From contig JAYWIR010000009.1 of the NCBI GenBank assembly GCA_036172245.1, positions 1,364,001-1,428,000 of the forward strand: a DNA stretch of 64,000 nt, written 5' to 3'. The stretch is from Raillietiella orientalis. Its lineage: Eukaryota. Below the pieces are notes generated by a model. It saw only the letters and a list, made by a program, of their open reading frames with translations. It was not told where the DNA came from and did not search any database. The stretch's first letter is position 1, and every line of letters begins with the position of its first letter. The translations under genes were made by a program, and so were the position numbers. Shown here piece after piece: positions 38,291-51,189 of this stretch.

Positions 38291-41200
38291 CGCGACCGAA
38301 GAGCGTCCGCCCTTAAATGTGGTCTCTGACTGCAGCTTCCAGATCTTCTGTAGGGATCCGGACGGGCGCCTCGGTCCTGCATCCTCTACATGAGGTTTCA
38401 GCGTCGGCTGTGCCCCTTCCGGTCCGGAGCCTCCCAGAAATCCTTCCCTTGCTCATGCCTGGCTGCTATTCCGACAGCAAGCCCTACGGGTCTCTGAGGT
38501 AGGCAAGCAAGAACCGGGGAGGCGGAGAGAGGACGCCCCGGCGGCTTCCGAGCTTGCCAAGAGGGTTCTCTCAACAGAGGGCAAATGGGTCCAGAATCCC
38601 TCCTTGTCTTTCTCCAAGCAGGGATGCAAGCTGACCCAGTTCCCTCCCCCCCCCTCCCTGCCGCTGAATGCCTGAGTCCTTCTCTCGTCTGGATTGACTC
38701 CGGGTCACTTGTTTCCTCAAGCAAAGATTCGAAGAGGCGGCACAGATGCCGAAAGACTGAGAAGGCGAGCCGCACTTCCCCCTTTTCCTTCCCATCCACA
38801 GGAAGGCGAGAGAAAGATGCTGCTCCGACAGTCTGCCGCCAATGGACCGTTTGCCGAGAGACCGTCTCTTCCTCCTCTCTTCACTCGAGGGAAGAGTTCC
38901 TCGAGCACTCGAAAACGGTGGGAATTTCCCGGAAATCTCAATAAAAAAAAAAAAAGAAAAGGAAACTGGGAAGGAAGGGGGTGGGGGTGGGGTAGGGGAA
39001 TTAAGAGCGCAGAGTGCTAGAAATGGAAATGGGAGAGTCGCAGAGCGGTGGTACCCAGAAGGGAGTGGAAGCCGCTCGGAAGCGGTGCTGGGGGGCAGGG
39101 TGCGGAGGCGGCGGGGTTCAAATTGCCGTGAAACCATTGAGGCGCGTCGCGGGAGGAGGGTGGCGAATCGATCCTGCGCGCGGCGAATCAACAGCAGAGA
39201 GGAGGCGCGCGCGCATCTTTCCTCCTCTTCCTCTTTCTCTCTTTCTGCCCCTCTTTCTCGCCTCGCTCCAATTGCAACGCCTCCGGCTCCGTTTCGCCCT
39301 CCTTGAAGGGATCAACCGACAGGGAGGGACGCGTGGCTCGGTTGAGGGACACGCGTAGGAAAGATAGGGGGAGGGTTCCCGCCGAACTTTTCTCGGATGG
39401 TTTTCTCGCGTGCCTTCATTGACCTTTCCTCATCACCTGCTGCCCTACAAGGATTTACTTCATCTTAAACTGTCTTCTTCCCTGTCCATTCCCGAGACGC
39501 GTCGGGGGACATGCGACCAGGAGTTCCTGGCAGACAGGAGTCCTTGGCACCCCTCTGTCCTTCCTCTCTGGGTGCTGCCAGGTGCATGAGTCCATTTCGC
39601 ACCATCCATTCGTGGTCCTCGGAGGGAAGCTTCACAGCCCAGCGAGCGCACCGGAGGGAAAGTTCTCCGGACGCAAATGGGCAGTTCGTGACTGCGGGAT
39701 TCCTAGGTAGAAGGACCCCTGGGAGAGGAGGAGGAAGACGAGCGGGGAAGAAGGGAGAATGAGAGGAAGAGAAGCATCTGATGCCGGACCACTCGCCTCG
39801 TCTCGCCGCCAAGGAAAGCTGCGGCGCCTTGGACGGGGCGACCCAGGCACGCGCTCGCCCACCTGTGCTTGACACTCGCTAGGGGGAGCATTGCTTCGGG
39901 CGACAGGAGTCCGAGTGCGATGATGGGGCGAGTGCCTAGCAGCTGGGGACGCTGCAATCGTGGGAGGTCAAATGGAGGAGGGGGAAGGAGGGTGGAGAGA
40001 ATTGCCAGGGGACGGCTTCTCCGGAGCCCAAGAATGACCCCCCATCCCAGGAAGTCCGGTATGGCAGCGAGACGGCGGAGGCTTACTGCATAGGCCGAAA
40101 ACCGGGCGGCATCCTGTAATCCCGAGGGTTCCCAAATCTGCGAGCCGATCCTCTGCTCAACAAAGAGCAGCGCCGCCACCGAAAGGACAGATGATTTTCC
40201 GTCAAACACATCGTTTTCGCGGGATTATCCGACGAGAAGGGTCGCCGTGGTTACTCGCGGCTGCCCCCGAAGCGCGCCCGAGCGCCTCTTCCTTTGTGCG
40301 AATGCGGAAAATTGGCTCCGGGAACACGGGAAAAGGCTCGCCTATCTCGTCCTGCTGCGAACCACGGGGAGAAGGGGCTTTCGCGGTGCGGTGTTTAAGG
40401 GCGCGCCCCACGCGCGAGTCTGCGCCGGCCGGCCGGCGTCTTTTCAGATCGAGTGCGGAGCTGCAGGAAGGGAAGGGAGAGCTATCCACCTCTCCAAGCA
40501 GCCGTCCCTCCTCGCGTAACCCGGGAGACGGCGCGGATCAGGCCAGATTCCCTGGCATCCCCGCGGACCGCTCTCGATCCCCTCGGCCCGTCCCCCTGCA
40601 GGAGCGCTCCGTCCCACGAACCCCCCAGGAATCGCTTTGGCGAGGGAGCGCCCGCTAATTAATCTCCTTCCCCGAGGCACGCGCGTTCGATGCGCACGAG
40701 AATTCGGGGCACCTCGCCGTCGACTTGAAAGGGCCGCCATGTCCACGGCGCCGCGGTGTTGGAACCGCTGGCGATCATCTCCGTGAAGATGATTAACTTC
40801 AGCGCGAGCCTTCGGCGTTTTTTTTTTTTACCATCGTCTCCTCCCTCTCGGCTGCTGCATGGAGACGAAGAATGCGCACTCTCGTTCGTTCGACCCTCCG
40901 CGGAGGAAGCTGCGTTCCACGCCGCTCCAGGCTGCTCGGCCGGGACGAGGACTGCAGGAAGGACATGCAGTGATTTATCCCGGACCGCCCGAAAAGAAAG
41001 CGCCTGCCTCGTTCGACGGAATTCCAGAAAGCATAAATTCCGGCAGAGTGAAAGAGCCCTCACGTTAACGATCCGGCCAAATCCAGGTCGGATGCGAGGC
41101 GGGTGTGCGTGGCAACGAACTGACCGGAGCTGCTCCTCGGACACTTGAAACGAGCCGCGCGTCGTTCCACGCAGATGAAAACCCTATCTCGGATGCTTTG

Positions 41201-41556
41201 GTTCCTTGATTAGCAGGCGGCTGCCTGGCAAGAGCCAAGGTGGCAGCAGTCAGGGACGACGGCAGCGCATCTGCGAATTGGCAACTTTTATGGGGCTTGG
41301 GGCGGGCAAATGATACAAAGTGATTCTTCCGCCGATGCGTATTATGAGTGCTACGCAACGGGAGTTTCCTTCGGCGTACCGTCCATTCTGAGGAGAGCAG
41401 ACAGAGGAGGAGGCATCATCGGACCTCTCTCCCCTCGAAGCCCCCAGCACTGCTGGTCTTCCGTTCGGCCGCGGGATGATGCGCTGTGATGCGCCCGCGC
41501 TGGCGAACCCGACCGATGAGGAAATCATGAAGGGTGGGGAAGGTGAGGGAGTTTAA

Positions 41557-42110
41557 GCCGGGACATTTATTTAAAAAACAAACTACAAGGAAGAGAGGAA
41601 AAGAATTCCCTCAAAAAACAAGAAATATCCCTCCTTTCCCCCTCTCCCGAAAAAAGTTCTTTCGAGTTAACCACCGGCACGCAGGCCGGCTTCCAGAAGG
41701 ACGGAAGGAGGGAGGGGAAAGTAAATAAGTAAATAAAAAACGACGGGAAGGTGAGGACAGAGGATCTTTGGTTGAAGACGTTCCTTTCTCTTCAAAAGCG
41801 GCTGTCGATGGTAGCGATCTCTCTTGCGGCTTCTTCTGGCAGACGAGGCTACCTTGCGGCATTCCTCACGAGAGCTGCTGCCATTCTGGTAGCCTCTCTT
41901 CGCCGCGAACCAGACTCCAGCACGTGGCGGGCTGTCACCACTGCGCGGATGCAACATCTCATTGAGATCAGAGAATCCTTCTTAAGCCCGTCTCCAGTGA
42001 AGAAGCGTTGCAGCAAGTCCAAAGCAGGGGAGAGAGGTCCTGCGGTTGTCGGAGCGCTGAAGCGAGTCTCCCCCACAAGTCCTCCAGGACGCAGCGGTCC
42101 AGCGGGAGAG
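41557..42110 (-). mobile_element. 5'-truncated second copy of the Tx1-like LINE 3' end
   Basis: Colinear with 19043-19600 (for example aagacgttcctttctcttcaaaagcggctgt and cctctcttcgccgcgaaccagactccagcacgtggcgggctgtcac); same 3' terminus. Confidence 0.85.
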
Positions 42111-42470
42111 GTTTGGGAGCGATTCCTTCGCCCCGCACCTTAAAGGGTGGTGGAGGGAAGGAACGCCGCGGCATTGGGATTTCCGTTTTGTTTCACGCGA
42201 GCGGAAGCGGAACTGTCCTGGCTTTCATCAGGAAAAGAGAAATCGGCAGCTCCGTTCGCGAAGGTCTCGGGGAGTTTCATCCGCGACCGATAGGGGGGAC
42301 GCGAGGGACAGGTCGATCTCCAAGAAAGGTTCGTGTTGGAGGAAGAAACACAGCGCGCTGCTTCCCGCTCTGATCGTCAACACTTCGAAGTGTCTGCCAC
42401 TCTATTGCGGACGCCGAGGCGTCCTGTGGCTCACACTAGGCGTCCCGCAAGAGGAACTTGGGAACGGAGT

Positions 42471-42720
42471 CCGCGTTGATGGCAGTGTAGCTGCAGCCTC
42501 CGCGCACATGGTGACAAGCGATGAGGGTTCGAGTCCCTCCCGGGGAACGGTCTACGCTGCCGAGAACGGGGGGTGCGTCGTGGGTTCCGAGCCTCCCCAA
42601 CAGGATGACGCTGGTTTGCCCATCCGGGTAGGGCACTGGTGGAAGCTAGACACACGTCGATTCGACGAGATTGGAAGTTGGCCCTCTGGGGTCCTTCCAG
42701 GACATCAAGGAGCCCTCTGG
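42471..42720 (+). mobile_element. Long SINE-like family, copy 2 (3'-truncated)
   Basis: B-box GGGTTCGAGTCCC at 42525-42537, second GGGTTCCGAG module, then caggatgacgctggtt..gcactggtggaagc body. Confidence 0.75.
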
Positions 42721-42869
42721 CTGTGAAATCCTCCGGTTCCGCTTTCGATCTCAAATCCCTCTGAAGAAAGTGGTTTCTCCGCCCTTGCGTTTGCGGCACC
42801 TGAGCTCCCGCGCACGTGAGACGGGTTCTCCGGGAAGCAAGCGTTGTATCCGGAAGTCCAAGAGGCTCA

Positions 42870-43460
42870 GTCAGGGAAGATGGGCGGCCCTTGGATCGCG
42901 ACTTCCATCCCTCTCTGGAGCCAAGGCATCAGGAATCGATCCTCAAGGATTCTGGCAGGTCTCGTGGCCCCCCCAGGTAGGAAGCGTGCCACAGAAAGGT
43001 GAGGCCTTCGATCGTCCTGTAGCTTTCCGTGCGCGCGGGGACCAGCCCGGCCGCCATTATCCTGTGGAAGCTCTTGAAGAGGAGGAACTTCCGTTCTGCT
43101 TGAGGCGTCCCGAGCGAGCGAGCTGGAGACGAGCAGTTTCGCGGGAGCTCGCGTCATCCCGTGCTGTCGTCCTCACGGGATGCTGCGACTGGAGTCTCCC
43201 GTAGCGACGCGGAAGCTCTAGCTCCTCATTCTCCGCGAAACCTCCTTTTGGGAGTCACTCAGGATCGCGGAAGAGACGCGGGAAAGGAAGGACCACGTCC
43301 AAGTCAGGGTTCCCGAAACGAGGGACGTCTCGCAGACGTCGCTCAGGGATACGAGGGAGCCGCTTTCTCAGGAAATGATCTCGTTCCTCGCATCCTGACA
43401 GGCTCTCGAGGTTGCCAGCATCTCGAGGACCGAGGTGTTCCCGTGGCGCTCCCAAAAGCT
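42870..43460 (+). mobile_element. Non-LTR linker/RT fossil
   Basis: LSGAKASGIDPQGF, RGDQPGRHYPV, RGVP. Confidence 0.4.
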
Positions 43461-44939
43461 CCGGGAAACGACTCGCAGATCCACTCCGCGGAGAAACAAG
43501 GGAACTCGGAGACCTCCTTTGAGGAGACTGGTCCCAATTGCATAAGGGATGGGGGTTCAGTCCCCAGCTAATGAATCGAGTTGTTCTCTCGTCCTTCTCG
43601 GGAAGCGATCGGCGGCGACCGTTTCCGAGGAAGCGGGAGCCACTCAGCCGCCGCAGCATCCCAACACTCGAAGAGATGCAAGGACCCTCCCTCCTTCAAG
43701 CCTCGTCGATAGGGAGCGAGAGAGGAAACAACAACAACAACAACAACGAAAAACGAAAAAAAAAAAGGCCGGATTTTTCGCCAGCACCTGCTCCGGGCCT
43801 CTCCTCGAATGGATGCATTCACGAGCTCCAGATCAGCCATCTGCTCATCCCCAGAGGCTAATAGAATAGGCATCGCGTGAATGCGTGCTGGTGAACTCAA
43901 ACACTTTATGGGGCGCGCTCCTCGGATCCTCCTAATTGCGAGCCTTCGTAGGGAAGAAAAAAAGAGAGGAGGAGGAGGAGAGGAGGAACAGCGGAGAGCA
44001 TCTAAAAGCCCTAATAGTCGGTTGCCAGACAACAAGATTTGGCTCCTGAGTATTCAATTAGGAGCTGCGCAAGATGTGCTCTTTGCAAGCCGGGAACGGG
44101 AAGGGAGGCGGGCGACGCGGGATCGGAGGGCGTCGCTCCGGACCTGATCGGTGCAGGCGCGCGCGTCCGCTTTCCTCGAACTTCCGCCGCCGCTCGCAAG
44201 GAAGCAGCTTCCTCGGGAGACGCGGAAGAGCGGGGAGGAGCGGCCACTTCCTTCCCGCTCTCCCGACACGCCTCGATCTTAGGCGGCCGGCGCGACGACG
44301 CCCTTGCCGTCGTGCCCAACGACCGCGAAAGTCGTTTCTCGCGGGAGGCGTTTCGCCCGCCACTCGCTCCCGGAGCGCTCGGTCCCGGAGGCTGCAGCAG
44401 CATCCCGGGAAGCCCTGGGAGCTCCCGGCGGCAAAGCAAAGATGGAACGGGTTCCGCGCGTGCACCCCCTTCCTCGCCCTTCTCTCTCTCCCCCCCCCCC
44501 CCTCGTCCGGCGATCGGCCGCCGCTGCCATGCGGCTGATCGCGGCAGGAGATGCCCAAGGGAAGCAGTCCCACCCCTGGTATGCTGGTGGACGGCGTCCG
44601 CTGATTATCTTGGGGAAGGGGGGGAGGGGAGGGGAGGGAGGTGTTGTTGTTTTGCTTCCCGTTCTCCCCTCCTATTTCCATTCCGCATTTCTTTCCTTTT
44701 ATGACGCCACGTTAAGAGCAGCCAAAGGGGAGGGACGTCTGCCCCGTGGCAAGGAAAATTCGTCCCGCTCGTCGTCAGGTTCCAACCGGAGGACCCGACC
44801 CGAATGCGGGAGCGGCCGATGAGTTGGGGTGCTCTAGATCTTTGGCATGCTTCCTCCGTCTCCGCGTCAAGAGTGGGTGCGCCTGCAAAACGAGGAAGTA
44901 CCTTGGTCTCGTTGGCTTTTCGTCTTCGGGCGGTAGCTT

Positions 44940-45290
44940 CGGGGACTTCATTATTCAATTTACCATATGGCTTGATTACCGGGGACAGGCAATTAAATTC
45001 CTAATGGATGGACCGCGTCCTCGCGTTCGTTCGCCTCCCGGCAGCAATCTCGACCGGGTAATGAATGGTTTTCTGTCATGCTGACTAATTGGATCATTAC
45101 CATCTCTTAGATGCGGATCTCACGGACAGGTGGAAATCCGAGGCCTTTCGGAAGGAAAACAAACAAACAAGCGAGGACTCTGGAGAGTGGCCCGCGAGTT
45201 TCCAAGAAGTCACTCGCAGGACTCTGGTCAGCCTAATCGCGCGAACCATTACACTTGACAGGATGTAATTACGTGTAGATTAATTGCTGT
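44940..45290. promoter_or_regulatory. AT-rich island with homeodomain, Hth/Meis and CATATG E-box motifs (candidate 3' enhancer of tap)
   Basis: ACCATATGG at 44962-44970, CTGTCA at 45073, TGACAG at 45256, and many TAAT/ATTA cores amid GC-rich DNA. Confidence 0.4.
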
Positions 45291-46244
45291 TGCAGATCGG
45301 ATGCTTGGCCTCTTGTTGATGCGGAGACGTCTTTCTGCTGCTTTTGTTCGAGGAAACCGTCCGATCCCGCTCCGACCGGCGCGTTTTCTGCTCCCCTTTT
45401 TTAACCTGCCTGACCAATCACGGGATGTCCCTTCGCCGGCAGTCCTAGGCGGACCCGAATTGCGCAAGCAAAACAAACGCTCTCGTGCTGACTCCGGACT
45501 CCCGGCGGCATTTGTCAGCATCCGAGACTCAATCTTCCTCCGAGTAAGTTATTACTGCGAATCGCACAATCAGAATGATGAAATCCGCGAAATGGTCCCC
45601 AACCCCACGTCCCCATTTCGGAAACTGCCTCTCCCGTGGACAGCACACGATGTATATTAATGTCCTTATTATGCAGGGGTTGTGTAGATGCTGACCCCCC
45701 TCTCAGTCGCCCAGCCTCAAGATCACCCATTGCTGCCACTCCTCCCAAAAGAACGGGGCTTCAGCTGCCTTGTGATTACTTGGGAGAGGAGCCGCGCTCA
45801 ACGCCCCGCGCGTTCGGGAAGAAACCAAAGTCCTCCCGAGGTTTCAGCGCCGCCGTCCTCCAGCCGATCCAAGGGAGACGGGGGCTCTTCTGACTCGGAA
45901 CGGAAGTAGCCTGTACTCCCTGCGCCTGAAGGCTGCTCAGACTCCGATCCTCTCGAAGCTCCGACGGCGTCTCCGTGGTAGCTCGAGGACACCTGGTTGC
46001 CCGAGCACGAGCGGTTCCTTCTGTCTTCCTCCTGCTTGAGGAATTTTCCACAAAAAGGGACGATCGAGGTAGATGAAGCATCTCCTCCCAAGCCTGCCAT
46101 CCATCGAAGCGGCCCATCATTTGAAGTCCAGGAAGGCACCCGCTCTCATCTTCTTTTTTCTCTTCTTCGGAGATTTCTAGAGTGTTACAAGTGCCCTGCT
46201 GTGGTTTCCTTCTGGTAGAGCCAAACCCGTCCAACAAACTCCGA

Positions 46245-46870
46245 CCGAAAGTTGTCTGTGGTCCCCGAGCGTGGGACCGAGCGTCGCGGGTTCGAATCCC
46301 CACGGGAGGATTGACGCCTCCGAGAACGGGGGATGCGCCGTGGGTACTGAATTCCCCCCCCCCCTCAGCAGGATGACGCTGGTTGGCCCATTCGGATGCG
46401 GCACTGGTGGAAGCCGGATGCCCCCTTTGACTCGCCGAGATTGGAAGTTGATCTTCAGGGTTCTTCCAGGAAAAAATCCAGGAGCCGGTTCTCTTCAAGT
46501 CTCCCTACGGTTGTGCGAATGGAGCCGTCCCCCCACCCCTCAGGGGATGACCGGCATCTCGTGCCATCGAGCTGGTGGATTGATGTTTCTCCAGAGTGCA
46601 AGAAGCGCGTTGCTCCCTTCGAGGAAGCGTTCTTCAGAGAAATTGGGAAGCGTCTCTTCGGGGGGTTCTCTCCAGAGGAGGAAAGCAAGGAGTGGTTCCC
46701 TTGCGGGTTCCCTCCGGGGAAGAAATTTCAGGAGCGTCCTTTTCCGGGCGTCCCTCCGGAGAGGACAAGGAAGAGGAAGTTCTCTTCGGGGTTCCCTCTT
46801 AAGCGTGGGGGGAACGGATTCCTTCCTCCGGACCCCTTCCTGACTCGTAGGGTGGACCCCTCCCGGGACC
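46245..46870 (+). mobile_element. Long SINE-like family, copy 3
   Basis: B-box GGGTTCGAATCCC at 46288-46300; 46366-46734 is near-identical to inverted 60164-60532. Confidence 0.85.
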
Positions 46871-46878
46871 AATGTCTT

Positions 46879-46925
46879 TTTAAGTTAAAGGGTAACCCAG
46901 TCCTGGGACTACCTGTTAACTTAAA
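46879..46925. repeat. 47-bp imperfect palindrome with TTAA-containing arms
   Basis: tttaagttaa-agggta-a-cccag-tc-ctggg-ac-tacctg-ttaacttaaa. Confidence 0.85.
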
Positions 46926-48199
46926 GCGATATTCCGAGCGTGGTTGTGGCCACCCTCGGAATAGGCCAGCAGACCACGCGGTTCCTCTTCCACGTGGATG
47001 CTCCGACAGAATCTCAAAGAAGGCGGGCTTGAGGCGTGGAATGAACAGAACTCTGTCCAGCAGCTCTCTCTGTCCACGCAAGCTGCGGGAAGTCATCTAC
47101 CTTTGACCGTGGCTGAAGTGCCGATTCTCAGGCTGGGTGGCGGTTGCAAAGACGCACACATCTTTCCGGCCCATGCGGTTAACCACCTCCTCTCTGCTCA
47201 CCCCGCTTCGGTAACCGAGCAGGCATTCGCGGTCTCATGGAACCTCCTACGCCTTCCTGATCAGTTGGGATGAATAGAAGTGGAATAGGTGTTTCCCTGG
47301 TCTTTCCGTGCTCATTCGAGCATGGAACGCGCGCACAATAGGCGATTCTCATTGAACGCCAAAGACTTGCAGGGTATCCTTGCGCACGACCCTGGTACCC
47401 TTCTCTGGAACGCGCTCCCTCCCTCTAAGACGAAATTGGAATTGTCGCGTGCGCCGAGGCCTGCAGTCATATGGGCGCGTCTCGTGGAGAAGCGTGCGAT
47501 TTGCTTGCAGTGTCGAAGTGTCCGCGAAGGCGCGATCGTAGGAGTCCGGGCTGGCACAGCGGGCCTGCGGCAATGCGCCGTTTCACCCCTTCCTTCCTTC
47601 CGAAAGCACTGTCAGCGACCTCCGCCTAATCCCACATATGGGAGTGCCGTTGGGTCACGGTCGAGGACGCGATGCCCCTACTCCACACGGAAACGTGGAC
47701 GTGGCGGAAACGGCGTGCCAGCAAATCGGCGAAGCATCGATGCCCAACTGACACCGCGGTTTGACGAAGGTTCACATCATGATGGCACCCTTTAATTGCA
47801 CTGCTTTTCCCGCTTCGCAGCCTCAGCTACAATTTTGCCTCTCTCTCTCTCTCTTTTTTGTGCTTTTTTCTGCCGTTTCCGTAAGACAAAATCTTGGTAG
47901 AAGTATTAGAAGAGATCCAAGCCTATTGCGCCTCCATATTGGTTAGGGTCGTCTCGAGACCTGTTGCACTCAGGATGTGTCGCCAGGAAGGCAACGAAAG
48001 GCTGTCAGGAGATTACAGAGACGATCACAGAGACGATTTCCCTCGGTATCCTCCCGAGAAGGTCGCAGCTGCTTTGAGCGTCCTTCATCCGCGAGCTAAG
48101 TACGCGCGCGCGTACTTTTTGCTCATCACAGGGAGGGCACTTTCCCGTGTGCTTCCCTGGTACCCTTGGGACTGAGGCAGAAGGAATCTCTCCTTCCTG

Positions 48200-49900
48200 G
48201 TTGCAAAAATTGTTTTTGGTCCTTACAGGGCGATGCTTCAGAAATTCTGGGGATGGAGGGCCACCATTTTGATCGTCCGCATCCGGAGCCATCGTTTCGC
48301 CTTTCTCCGGCCGCGCAGGAGATGTGAAGAGATGGGTGTGAGTTCCCGTTTCTTCGCACTCCAACTGGCTGACTATGAAACCACTTAGGGCAGGATCACT
48401 GCTTTTGCGTCCCTAGGAGCTGTGGAAGAAGTCGAAAGCGGCACGCTGAGAAAGGTCGAGGGATAGAGCCTTTGGAGGGAAGCACGAAGAAGAGGAGGAG
48501 GAGGATGCAAAGGAGCTGAGAGTTCACCATCTGAGGGCGTAAGAGGTAGATGCTTCATCATGAGGCATCCTCACCTCGATCAACCTCTACTGGAGGGTTC
48601 CCAGATGGGTCTTTTGCTCCTTTCCAGCAACCTATTTCGATGACGTGTCGCCACTGCATCCCTTCTATGAATCGTTTCGTAGAGACGAAGGAACGGATGC
48701 TACAGATGGAATGCTTTTGGTTTCCTTTCGGGATTGAAGGATGATAAGCAGGGCTAAGGAGAAGGAGGAGATGGCAAGAGGTGGCGAGACTTCTCTCAGA
48801 CGCTTTTCGAAAAGACTTTCCACTCGGTAGCATCTCAAGCGGCTGACCCAGTGATCATGTTCCTGAGGCTGCTGGTGGCAGTCGCATCAGCAGTAACGCA
48901 CGAGGGATTCTGAGCGCTGGCCTCTGGGACCACGAGTCTGTCATGCAACCTTGAGATCCCAAAGAGCGAGAGATCGATCCCGGCTCCTGCTTTGCTGGAT
49001 GCGTTTCGAATGCCAAGTCATTCGAGACACTGGTTGGCGCTATCTGCCTAGGACTGCTTCTGGCAGATGCACAACACGGGGCATCCTGTGAGATGACAAG
49101 ACGTTTATTCTCTAGCTTGACCAAGCGAAGACTTTTAGCGATGGACCGGTGCTTCCTGGAGGGCTGGGCAATTTCCATTCATGGTTCCATCCGCACCCAG
49201 GAGTCGGCTACCCGGTGTTTGGCCGAAAGGAAGCGTTTGAATTCTTGCCGACAACCAGTGACATCGCGGTCGCACAATGGCTCCCCTGACAGAGCTGAAG
49301 AGGAAGTACGGGGAGGGAAACAGTTGCCAGAGCAACTAAGGTAGACGCAGTTCACACAGCATGCTCGCTCCAGACATCCAAAGGAACAGGCGACTCGTAG
49401 CAGCGCCAATGCCTCAATGCTTTGGGGAACTCGGCTGGCGCGGCGCGTGGTAGCTGGTTCGAGAAGGCGTGCGGCATCCAGATGGCTCCTGCAGGCGGAG
49501 GATGCGAGACAGCAGAGCTCATTGCAGTCCAAGGGTCGGAAGCTCAGAAGCCTAAAGGGCAAGTTATCCACGTAAAGGAAGCCGCTGACGGCGGAGAAGT
49601 GACCCGGATGCACGGAGGGGCATGTGAGCGCATGCGCGTAGCTCACGCAGACACCCACAAAATCGAACATCGGGAACGAATGCGCGGAAAAGTTCCGCTT
49701 TCCCGAATCCCGTAGTCAGGCCCTCTTCGGCTGCTCTGACATCAACCATCCAGGAGAAAGCTCGCTGCTGCGTGACACTGCCACAGTCGCGTTTCGCTTT
49801 GGCAGTCTGCAGGAATCGAATGGTTCCGTCCGGCTCTTAAGGAACTCGATGGTGCCAAGACGGGATCCCGGTCCTGTTGGCTCTTGGGAGCGTCTGCAGT
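48200..49900 (-). mobile_element. BEL/Pao pol fossil (integrase and C-terminal domain)
   Basis: SPRQIAP..LAFETHP, SFRKASER, EGMQWRHVIEIGCWKGA (GI.W.F...APW.GG like), KWWPSIPRISEASPCKD (W.LGRI.E..PG.DG like). Confidence 0.5.
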
Positions 49901-50986
49901 TGCGCACGAATCAAAGACTTTCGACGGGCATCTCAGTGGCGGGAGAGGGTCCATGTGGCTGCGGTGCTCATTCGGCAGGGCGGAGAACGAATTTGTTTTG
50001 TCCATCTGTGTAAGAAGAGCGTCCACTGTTCCCGAGCAGAGCCCAGCCTTGTCTGGAGAGGACAAGAACCGGCTCTTCGAGGTCGAGATCCGACTGGAAA
50101 ACCCCACCTGATTCCCGGGAGGCAGGGGCTGACGGTTCCCATGGAACCACCGACCCTCGAAAGAGCAAAAGAGGAAGGAACATACTCCCGCGCGAGCGAG
50201 CCCACACGCACCCGTACAAGCAGCTCTGCAGTTTTCATGGCAAACTGTTGGAAGACGGAGGCGACTCAAAGGAAGCAGCTGAAAGCACCGACTTCCGACT
50301 GCCATGGAAGGTTTTGAGCGAGAGAAGCACCCAGGAGAGCCAACCGTGGTGCGCTCGACTGGGACACGAAGCTACGGGAGAACGTCTTGAGAAACAATTC
50401 GGGAAGAAACGTGCATCCCGTGCGAAGCGTGTCTGCGAGTCGAGCTCCCATAACTCGTGCAGCCGATGGAAGAGTTGCCAGCTTCTGAGGAAATGGAGTT
50501 TCCTCCTCTGATATTCCCACAGCAAGCATTTTTCTTTATAACAACGAAAGAAAAAAAAAAGAAAAAAGAAAAGAGCCCCTCCATTTGCTGTACATGGCAG
50601 CTGCCACCCTTGTTGGAGCGGCAGCCAAGATCCACCGAGCTTCTTTCAGGAAGCACTCGTTTGTGGAAAATCAGGAAACCGATGAATACGGCTTCATAAA
50701 CACGAAAAAGGAAGTGAAAAATGCTCGCCATGGAAACGGACGGATGCGAACAAACAAAGCTGCAGCAGATAGAGGGAAAGGAAGAAAGGTGCGGGTTCGT
50801 TTCCACAGAGATTCCTGCTTCGTGTAAAGACGCGAAAAGTGGAAAGCAAAGTGTGTACAGTGGGCTTCAGAAGCAAGCTGAGCTACCCGGTCGTTGGTAC
50901 AGGGGGCCTCCCCTGTGCTTGTCGCGGGGTCTGTTATTAAGCCATCGCACTCTCCCCGTGATGCGACGGGCTTCCACGATCCTGCC

Positions 50987-51019
50987 AAAATGAATAATTT
51001 CGCTTTAATTATTCATTTT
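50987..51019. promoter_or_regulatory. Perfect 13-bp inverted repeat made of two POU-IV-like sites
   Basis: aaaatgaataatt-tcgcttt-aattattcatttt; the minus strand reads ATGAATAATTAA. The palindrome is certain, the function is inferred. Confidence 0.5.
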
Positions 51020-51189
51020 CCGTCTGAAATCAAGCAGAAACCATTTCGCGACTGATCTTTTAGAATGGCGCCCTCGGTACGCAAACTGCGTACCTCGTGG
51101 TACTGTTAGTTGAAAGAGCGTTTCACGCACGCCATTGTACGGAAGCATCCGTAAATAGCCTGCGTGCTCCCCGTGTCAATAAGCAGGAA

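Noticed and set aside
46245..46310. SINE heads as functional tRNA genes
   Set aside because: No complete cloverleaf is apparent, copies are diverged, and each runs into a shared non-tRNA body.
46396..47106. 236-aa ORF in the SINE body, shared with 60071-60643
   Set aside because: The similarity reflects DNA identity of the repeat; no domain, and the frame is not conserved in other copies.
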